DNA from: an uncultured Gemmatimonadales bacterium
GTDB taxonomy: Bacteria; Gemmatimonadota; Gemmatimonadetes; Longimicrobiales; Gaopeijiaceae
Length of the DNA stretch: 64,000 nucleotides
Direction: 5' to 3'
Assembly: GCA_963809895.1 (NCBI GenBank)
Contig: CAWELD010000003.1
Location: forward strand, 1,632,001-1,696,000
Below are positions 57,527-64,000 of the stretch, piece after piece. Both the position numbers and the translations under genes were made by a program. A model generated the notes under the pieces. The model ran no database searches, was not told where the DNA came from, and was given only the letters and a program-made list of their open reading frames with translations. How positions within the stretch are numbered: the stretch's first letter is position 1; the number at the start of each line of letters is the position of its first letter.

Positions 57527-59506
57527 ATGCGCCCTCCCGCCCTCGTCGTCGCCGTCCCCCTGTTGTTGGGGGCCCAGGGTCTGGTCCTGCCCGTGCAGGG
57601 TCAGAGTACGGCCATGGCCCAGCAAGACGCCGCTCGCTCCCTGGCCCCCGCGGACTACTACACGGAAGGGGTGAAGCTGCGGGATCAAGGACATTGGCAG
57701 GAGGCGCTCGACCTGTGGGAGGAGGGTCGGGACGAGTTGTCCGCCGCGGGGGTCCACGATCCGCGCATCGGAACCGCCTACGTGGAACTCGCCACCGAGA
57801 AGGACGCCGACGACCGGTACGCGACGGCTTCGGAGATGGTGCTGTGGGGATTCTCGGACACGCCTATCGACGGGAGCAGGTCCGCCGCCGAGGACGAGTT
57901 GGACCGCATCCTCCTCATCATGGGCGACTCCACGCGTGCGAAATGGGCAGAGTTGAAGGATGCCCCGGAAGACGAGCTCCTCCTGCGACTCAAGGAATTC
58001 TGGATCGAGAAGGACCCCACGCCGTCCACCCCGCTCAACGAACGCCTCATCGAGCACTGGCGGAGGATCGCCGAGGCACGGCGCCGTTTCGTCTTCAACC
58101 GGCGGTCGGTGATCGGAACCGACGACCGCGGGGTCGTCTTTCTGCGCTACGGAGAGCCGGCACGCGTCAAGAAGGGCTCTCTGGGCGCCAGCGAGCACGA
58201 GTTGATGGTACGGGTTCCCCGGGATCCGGAGGGTCGTGCCCAGCTCAGGAATTTCGACGTCCACCCCCAGTACGAGGTCTGGGTGTACGACCAGCTCAAC
58301 GATCAGGGCTTCACGTACTTCCTGTTCGGGAACGTGGACGGGACGGGTCCCTTCGAGTTGGTGAACGGTGTCCACGACCTCATTCCCACCCAGGCGCGTT
58401 CGCGGGCTTCCGCTCGCTACGTTCCGGGGGGCGTGCCGGCCTCGTACTATCTGGAGCTCTTCTACTACCAGGATCTGTCGGCGGTGGGGGGCCAGTTCGG
58501 GGATCGGTTCAGCGAGCTGGACCAGCTCTGGAACCTCTACACCCAGCGGCGCAAAGGGTACGTATCGGCATCTCGCATCGCCCCGTTGGAGTCCGAGATG
58601 GACGCTCTGGGCGACCGCTACCGGATGCAAGACGAGTTCGATCCCGTCAACCCTCCACAGACCCCGGTGCTGTCGGCATTCGAGGGCCACGCCCGTGACG
58701 AGCTGATCGCTCAGATGGTGCGTACCCTCTCCGATGACGACGTACCCCTCCTCATGGTGCTCGCCACCTCGGCGCCCCGACTGACCGCCGACCGGCGCGA
58801 CGCGTACCGGCAGGAGTTGAACGTCCCCGGATGGACCATGCGGCATACGCTCATCATTCGGGACCAACACTTCGACGAGGTCGGGCGGCTGGTCCTGCCC
58901 GTCGATCCCGAGCACGCCGACGCTTCGCAGTTCGTGATTCGGCACGTGCCCCAACCTCTCCACCTGACGGTCACGGCCCAGACCTTCCGGCAGGCCGAGG
59001 TGGAGGAAGGAGCAGAGGCTCCGGACACGTTGGTGGCAAGCGCGAGATTACCCGGACAGGTGCACCTGAATCCGGAAGAGCCGCTGTCGCCGGACCCGGA
59101 TCACTTCGAGATGAGCGACCTGCTCACTGGAACGCCCGTGCCTCCGGAGGTGGACGCACGGGCGCTTCCCTTCGACGTGCTCCCGGCACGTCGGATCTGG
59201 CGCAGGGATCCGCTACGGATCTATCTGGAGCTCTATCACCTCGGCCAGGCGCCGGACGGGGCGGCCGACGTGGAAGCCCGCTTCACCGTCGTGCCCCTCC
59301 TGGAGGATGGCAGCGTGGACCGCGACCGGGAGCCGGTGACGCTGGACGACATCAGCCTTCGGCCTGACGGTCGTACCTACCGCCAGTTCTTCGACATCGC
59401 GCTTCGCGACCAGGATGTCGGACCCTATCGCATCGAGGTGGAGATCACCGACCGCGTGCGGGGTGAAACACTCAGGCGCGAGGCGCGCATCGAGCTCCAG
59501 AACTGA
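57527..59506 (+). CDS. GWxTD domain-containing exported protein
   Basis: Signal peptide, FWIEKDPTPSTPLNE..IEHWRRI..A...F, TDDRGVVFLRYGEP, YEVWVY, and a C-terminal Ig-like strand pattern. Confidence 0.82.
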   Translation: MRPPALVVAVPLLLGAQGLVLPVQGQSTAMAQQDAARSLAPADYYTEGVKLRDQGHWQEALDLWEEGRDELSAAGVHDPRIGTAYVELATEKDADDRYATASEMVLWGFSDTPIDGSRSAAEDELDRILLIMGDSTRAKWAELKDAPEDELLLRLKEFWIEKDPTPSTPLNERLIEHWRRIAEARRRFVFNRRSVIGTDDRGVVFLRYGEPARVKKGSLGASEHELMVRVPRDPEGRAQLRNFDVHPQYEVWVYDQLNDQGFTYFLFGNVDGTGPFELVNGVHDLIPTQARSRASARYVPGGVPASYYLELFYYQDLSAVGGQFGDRFSELDQLWNLYTQRRKGYVSASRIAPLESEMDALGDRYRMQDEFDPVNPPQTPVLSAFEGHARDELIAQMVRTLSDDDVPLLMVLATSAPRLTADRRDAYRQELNVPGWTMRHTLIIRDQHFDEVGRLVLPVDPEHADASQFVIRHVPQPLHLTVTAQTFRQAEVEEGAEAPDTLVASARLPGQVHLNPEEPLSPDPDHFEMSDLLTGTPVPPEVDARALPFDVLPARRIWRRDPLRIYLELYHLGQAPDGAADVEARFTVVPLLEDGSVDRDREPVTLDDISLRPDGRTYRQFFDIALRDQDVGPYRIEVEITDRVRGETLRREARIELQN

Positions 59507-59528
59507 GGTCCCGGACCGCCACGCTCTG

Positions 59529-60023
59529 TCAGCGGCGTACCCCCGTGCCGACCTCCAGGCGCATGTCCGAATAGACCTTCCGGAATTCGTCCCGGATCGC
59601 CGAGGGCATGGGGGCTGGGTGCCATTCCGGAACCGCTTCCGAGCGCACCTGGTTGGAAACCTCGAAGGTGACGCGTAGCACGCCGTCCGAGTAATCCATC
59701 TGTCCCTCGAGCAGTCGACCGGTCAGGATGATCTGGTTGCGCGCCTGCGTGACGCCTTCGGCGGCCTCGGCGGGCTCCGGTTGTCGAAGCATCCACTGCG
59801 ACTGCACCCGGAGCGAACGGCTGGTCTTCTCTTCCCGTTCCACCGGGATGCCGTGCTTGGTCCAGATCTTCTGGCGAGCTTCCTGGAGAGGGAGCGAGAG
59901 CACACGCCCCAGATCCTCACGGTACACGTCTCCCGACGGGCCGCCGCCTCCGGAGGCGCATGCGCCCCCCGCAGCGAGAATGGTGAACGATGCCAGTAGG
60001 GCGCCTACGAATCTCGTTCGCAT
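59529..60023 (-). CDS. Hypothetical lipoprotein
   Basis: GGAGG RBS, MRTRF + hydrophobic core + GGAC lipobox-like site followed by ASGGGG. Confidence 0.7.
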   Translation of the reverse strand: MRTRFVGALLASFTILAAGGACASGGGGPSGDVYREDLGRVLSLPLQEARQKIWTKHGIPVEREEKTSRSLRVQSQWMLRQPEPAEAAEGVTQARNQIILTGRLLEGQMDYSDGVLRVTFEVSNQVRSEAVPEWHPAPMPSAIRDEFRKVYSDMRLEVGTGVRR

Positions 60024-60115
60024 GGATGTCCTCCGCTGGGGTATGGTTCGGAAGGGTCTTGCCACTCCGGGGCCAGAAGAGTACGACGGCCCCGGGGTCC
60101 CTGTCCATGAACGGC

Positions 60116-60153
60116 GAACGGGCCGCCGCGGGAACCCCCGCGACGACCCGTTC
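60116..60153 (-). terminator. Hairpin downstream of susD
   Basis: Minus strand GAACGGGTCGTCGCGGG-ggtt-CCCGCGGCGGCCCGTTC. The two non-Watson-Crick pairs are G-U only on the minus strand. Confidence 0.65.
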
Positions 60154-60183
60154 TGATACCGCGTCCGGACTACGCCGACTGGA

Positions 60184-61824
60184 TCAGTTGGCGATGGTTC
60201 CGGTCTTCGCGTCGGCGTCACGCTGCGCCTGGCGGAAGCGCTCGAAAGCGACCCGCTTGGCGTGCAGACCCTCCGGCGAGAAATCGGCGATGAGGCTCGG
60301 GGCCGAGCTGTTGCCGCCCGGGCCACCGAAGGTGTAGATGTCCTCGAGCAGGAGCAGGAGCTCGCTGCCGGGGATCGGCAACTGGGTCGGGGTGTCCTTC
60401 ACCAGGTCGCCCCAGCCACGGTCGTCGAAGTACTCGATGAACGGGCCGTAGTGGAAGAGCTCGATGCGCTTCTCGTACTTGAGCGCCTCCCACAGATCGC
60501 CGCAGCTGCCGTCTGCCGTGCGGGGCACGCAGTCCGGCCCGGGCGCCGTACCGTTCACGTCGGTGAAGGCCGGCAGATTGCCGTTGGCCCGGTGCTCGTT
60601 GACGAGAGCCATGGCCCCGGCCTTGTCGCCGGTGCGGTACATGGCCTCGGCCATGAGCAGGTCACGCTCGATGGGCGTCCACTCCGGAAGCCGGCCGATG
60701 AAGCCGGAGGAGTAGTAGTTCCACCGCACGTCCAGGTAGTTGGAGTAGTGGTAGTACCCCCGGTTGGCCGGGAACGGGCTCGACCCGATGTAGGCGATCA
60801 GACTGCCATCGCTGTCGGGCGTGTCACCCGTGACCCGCCGGTCCGGCGTCACGACGTCGAACGGACGCCGGTCGTCGGGTGGCGTGGCCAGCCACTCCTG
60901 GAACTTCCCGCTCTGGTCGGCCGGCCCGTAGGTCCGGATGTCCAGGCGGGCCCAACCGGCGATGGCCGCGGTGTGCAGCTTGTCGCGGGCCCACGCCCAG
61001 TTGTTGCCGTCGTCGTACGTGGCGTAGTCCTCGTCGGGACCGAGGCCGTTCTGCACGTCGGACAGGATCTTGTTCCAGTCCGCCGCATCACGGTCCGCCT
61101 TGCTCCGGGCCACCTCGGACAGCACCCGGGCACGCCACGACGAGATCCAGCGCGCGAACTTCGCGCTCGTGAACTCCACGTCGAAGCCGATCCACTCGGG
61201 CGGGATGGTGAAGGAGTTGGCCTTCGCCATCTGCTCCGCCTCGTTCAGCTTCGCGATGCCGGCATCGAACACGTCCTGATAGGGCGCGAACGAGAGGGAC
61301 TCGAGGTCCGTGTTCTCGTCGACGATGAAGCCCTTGTCGAAGAGCATGCCGATGTAGGCCATGCTCAGGCCCTGCACGAACTTGCCGAAGGCCATGGCAC
61401 GCGCGTTGTCCGCACCGCCCTGGCCGATGTCGATGCCGCCATCGATGGCGATGAAGCCGTCACGCACGGCCGCCAGAGCGCCGTACAGATCGCTCCAGGG
61501 CGTCTCGGCCACGTTGTTGTACGAATAGGCCGGGTCGTTGTCGTACTCCTTGCGGGGCTCCCAGCCGAAGTCCCGCATCCCCCAGTTACCCCAGGAGGAC
61601 GAGTGGGCGTCGGCCGCCGTGGACAGCGCCGAGCCCGGATACGAGTAGTGGATCGTCGACCACACCGACGAGTAGGCCCCCGAGATCAGGGACTCCACAT
61701 CGTTGGGTGTCGCGATAGCGCGGGCGCGGTCCGGATCGTTGAGGTTCGTCACCTCGAGATCCGCACACGCCGTCCCGGCCATGGCCAGGAGCGCCGTCAG
61801 CGCCAGAAATCGATAAAGTCTCAT
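60184..61824 (-). CDS. susD: RagB/SusD family nutrient-binding outer-membrane lipoprotein
   Basis: Lipobox-like GTAC, DLEVTNLNDP, LLMAEA, LVNEHR, YEKRIE...DDRGWG, LPIP. Directly downstream of susC. Confidence 0.9.
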   Translation of the reverse strand: MRLYRFLALTALLAMAGTACADLEVTNLNDPDRARAIATPNDVESLISGAYSSVWSTIHYSYPGSALSTAADAHSSSWGNWGMRDFGWEPRKEYDNDPAYSYNNVAETPWSDLYGALAAVRDGFIAIDGGIDIGQGGADNARAMAFGKFVQGLSMAYIGMLFDKGFIVDENTDLESLSFAPYQDVFDAGIAKLNEAEQMAKANSFTIPPEWIGFDVEFTSAKFARWISSWRARVLSEVARSKADRDAADWNKILSDVQNGLGPDEDYATYDDGNNWAWARDKLHTAAIAGWARLDIRTYGPADQSGKFQEWLATPPDDRRPFDVVTPDRRVTGDTPDSDGSLIAYIGSSPFPANRGYYHYSNYLDVRWNYYSSGFIGRLPEWTPIERDLLMAEAMYRTGDKAGAMALVNEHRANGNLPAFTDVNGTAPGPDCVPRTADGSCGDLWEALKYEKRIELFHYGPFIEYFDDRGWGDLVKDTPTQLPIPGSELLLLLEDIYTFGGPGGNSSAPSLIADFSPEGLHAKRVAFERFRQAQRDADAKTGTIAN

Positions 61825-61862
61825 GTGTATTCTCCAGTTCGGTCACTTCGTTCGATGGCCGC

Positions 61863-61901
61863 CTCCGGGACCGGCTTCCCGAGGGAAACCGGTCGCCGGA
61901 G
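61863..61901 (-). other. Intergenic susC-susD stem-loop
   Basis: Minus strand CTCCGGCGACCGGTTTCC-ctc-GGGAAGCCGGTCCCGGAG. Confidence 0.55.
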
Positions 61902-61915
61902 TCGCGCGGACATCG

Positions 61916-64000
61916 TCAGAAGATGATCTCCAGGCTCGCGGAAATCGTCCGGAAGTTCGGGTAGCCGAAGTTGTCCACCCGGCCGATGGCTTCGGAGCCA
62001 CCGCCACTGCCCTGTCCACCCGTGCCGACCTCGGGGTCGTAGCCCTTGTAGTCGGTGATGGTGAGCAGATTCCGGCCGATGAGATTCACGCTCATGCCCG
62101 TCACGCCCAGCGATCCGAACATGCTCTGGACCGCGGACTGATCGAAGTTGTAGCGCAGCGACGCCTCGCGGAGCTTCACGAAGGTGCCGTTCTCCACGAA
62201 CCAACTGGAGTTCGCGTTCACGTTGTACAGGACCTGGTAGTAGTCGACGGACTTCTTCTGCGCATCGGACTTACCGGCCTGATCCTGGTCACCGGAGCGG
62301 TTGTCCCGGTACGCGTACGCACGGGTCTGGTTGTAGATGTCCGCCCCGAATTCGCCGTCGAACAGCGTGTAGAACGACAGGTTCTTCCAGCGAACCGTGT
62401 TCGACCAGCTCATGTTGAAGTCGGGCGTCGTGTTCCCCATGAAGAGGAAGTTGCTGCCCTCGCTGTCGATGGCCTTGATCGGGATGCCCCAATTGTAGTT
62501 GGTCCCGTTGACCTCGGCGCTCGAGCCCCACAGGTCCTTGCTGATACCATCGGTGTAGCTGTTGCCCGAGCCGACCCACACCAGCAGGCCGTCGTCGTTC
62601 ACCTGGAACTCCGAGCAATCCGTGCCCGAGGGCAGGTCGCCACACTGGCTCGCCCAGCGCGATCCGTAGAACGTGCCCAGCTCCTCGCCCTCACGGACGT
62701 AGAAGAAGCCCGTCCGGTACGGCGCGATGTCCAGCTGCGTGATCTTCTGGTGCGTCCGGTCGAAGTTCAGGCGGCTCGTCCAGGTGATGTCCGGACGGTC
62801 GACCAGCGCCGTCTCCACGAACGCCTCGATGGTGTTGCTCTCCAGCGTGCCGGCGTTCTGCCACTGGCTGTTGAAGCCCACGTAGCCCGGCAGCGGAACC
62901 TGCAGGAGCTGGTCTTCAACGGTCGACCACGCGTACGTCACGCCCGCGTTGATCTTGTTGTAGAACACCGTCTCCAGCCCCACTTCCTGCTCCGTCGACA
63001 GCTCCGGCTTCAGGAACTTGTTGCCCAGCGACACCGGCGAGATCACGCCGTTCGACACCGAGTACGTCTCGTACTGCGCGGCGAAACGCGGACGCCCGCC
63101 GGCGGTGCCGATGGAGTAGCGCAGCTTGAACTCGTTCAGGTTGTCGAACGGCCACCACGCTTCCTGGGCCAGCCGCCACGCGCCCGAGGCGCGGTAGTAC
63201 GTCTGCCAGCGCTCCTGCTCGCCGAACAGCGACGAGCCGTCGCGACGCACCAGGAAGTCACCCACGTACTTGCCCTGATAGTCCAGGGCCGTGATGAAGA
63301 AGTAGCCTTCGGCCAGCACGTCCTGGATCGCGGACCCCGCGTTGATGGAGCCCACGATGTTGTCCAGCGACGGCACGCCCTTGGCCGACAGGTTCCGGCC
63401 ACTGACGTTGAAGGCTTCGTAGTGCTGGTCCTCCAGCAGGTACCGGGCCTTGGTCCGGGTCGTCAGGTCGCCGAAGGACTTGTTGAACGACGCCGTGAAC
63501 GACGCGTTCATGTCGTTGTCGTGACGCTGCGACTTGCTCAAGCTGCCGTCGCCCACGCCCGACTGGTCCGACACGACGCCCGACGGCGTGATGTTGCTCT
63601 GCCAGTAGTTCTGCTGGTCGAGCGAGAAGTTGCCCTCGAGCTCGAACCACGAAATGGGCGTCCACACCACGTTGGCGCTGCCCAGGAACCGCTGACGCCA
63701 GTCACGCTGGTCGTCCAGGTCCAGCAGGTAGAGCGGGTTCGCCTCCTGCGACAGCGGATCCGGACGCCAGATGTAGCAGCCCTGCGGTCCGCACGGACCC
63801 ACGTTCGCCGTCGCGCTCGCCCGCTGCTGCAGGTTCGCGAACGGCGCGATGAACGCCAGGTCGTAGAACGGGCTCCCGCCCAGATCCTCCTGAGCCGACT
63901 TCGCGTAGTACGTGCTCAGCGAGATGTTGACGTTGTCCAGGATCTGGTGGTCCAGGTTCAACCGGAACCCGTTCAGCTTGAAGCCCGAGTTCAGGTCCAC
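61916..64000 (-). CDS. susC: SusC/RagA family TonB-dependent receptor (5' part outside window)
   Basis: RRDGSSLFG, KLRYSIG, LKPE...EVG, NAG...IE, VENGTFVKLRE, YKGYDPEV, YPNFRT...IF terminal Phe. Confidence 0.96.
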   Translation of the reverse strand: MDLNSGFKLNGFRLNLDHQILDNVNISLSTYYAKSAQEDLGGSPFYDLAFIAPFANLQQRASATANVGPCGPQGCYIWRPDPLSQEANPLYLLDLDDQRDWRQRFLGSANVVWTPISWFELEGNFSLDQQNYWQSNITPSGVVSDQSGVGDGSLSKSQRHDNDMNASFTASFNKSFGDLTTRTKARYLLEDQHYEAFNVSGRNLSAKGVPSLDNIVGSINAGSAIQDVLAEGYFFITALDYQGKYVGDFLVRRDGSSLFGEQERWQTYYRASGAWRLAQEAWWPFDNLNEFKLRYSIGTAGGRPRFAAQYETYSVSNGVISPVSLGNKFLKPELSTEQEVGLETVFYNKINAGVTYAWSTVEDQLLQVPLPGYVGFNSQWQNAGTLESNTIEAFVETALVDRPDITWTSRLNFDRTHQKITQLDIAPYRTGFFYVREGEELGTFYGSRWASQCGDLPSGTDCSEFQVNDDGLLVWVGSGNSYTDGISKDLWGSSAEVNGTNYNWGIPIKAIDSEGSNFLFMGNTTPDFNMSWSNTVRWKNLSFYTLFDGEFGADIYNQTRAYAYRDNRSGDQDQAGKSDAQKKSVDYYQVLYNVNANSSWFVENGTFVKLREASLRYNFDQSAVQSMFGSLGVTGMSVNLIGRNLLTITDYKGYDPEVGTGGQGSGGGSEAIGRVDNFGYPNFRTISASLEIIF

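Overview
Very GC-rich (about 70% by eye) bacterial core-genome window with about 55 protein genes, almost all on the minus strand in long translationally coupled runs (many ATGA/GTGA overlaps). Gene content is SusC/SusD, a GWxTD protein, DUF4105, DUF4321, LolA/Lnt, MutS2, HrcA and YlbF. It suggests a diderm of the Gemmatimonadota type; this is an inference, not a classification. Left to right: recJ (partial), C4 zinc-ribbon protein, dnaG, mutS2, yqeY, HIT, an antisense orphan, prmA, dnaJ, hrcA, hemW, dprA, obgE, CMD-family protein, class-3 asparaginase, TauE, S41 protease, tmk, ino1, YlbF, prmC, prfA, rpmE, lnt, Lnb-like DUF4105 protein, Gfo/Idh/MocA oxidoreductase, beta-barrel, rimO, lolA, ftsK, comB-family, accC, accB, efp, aroQ, TPR, ppiD (+), tatA, DUF4321, polyprenyl synthase, TPR, formiminotransferase, Fn3 lipoprotein, etfA, etfB, NhaC, MPG, NYN-LOTUS protein, acyl-CoA synthetase, aroB, zincin lipoprotein, folK, beta-barrel (+), GWxTD (+), lipoprotein, susD, susC (partial). 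No rRNA, tRNA, CRISPR array, prophage or IS element was recognised. Best leads: (1) an Lnb-like N-acyltransferase coupled to a canonical Lnt; (2) a NYN-LOTUS-LOTUS-HhH RNase with an RG tail next to an alkylpurine glycosylase; (3) a structured intergenic element between ppiD and tatA, plus a shared leader motif in front of ctpA and lolA; (4) a beta-barrel/GWxTD operon with an ECF-type promoter. All annotation is by motif recognition without database searches, and several start codons are my best choice.
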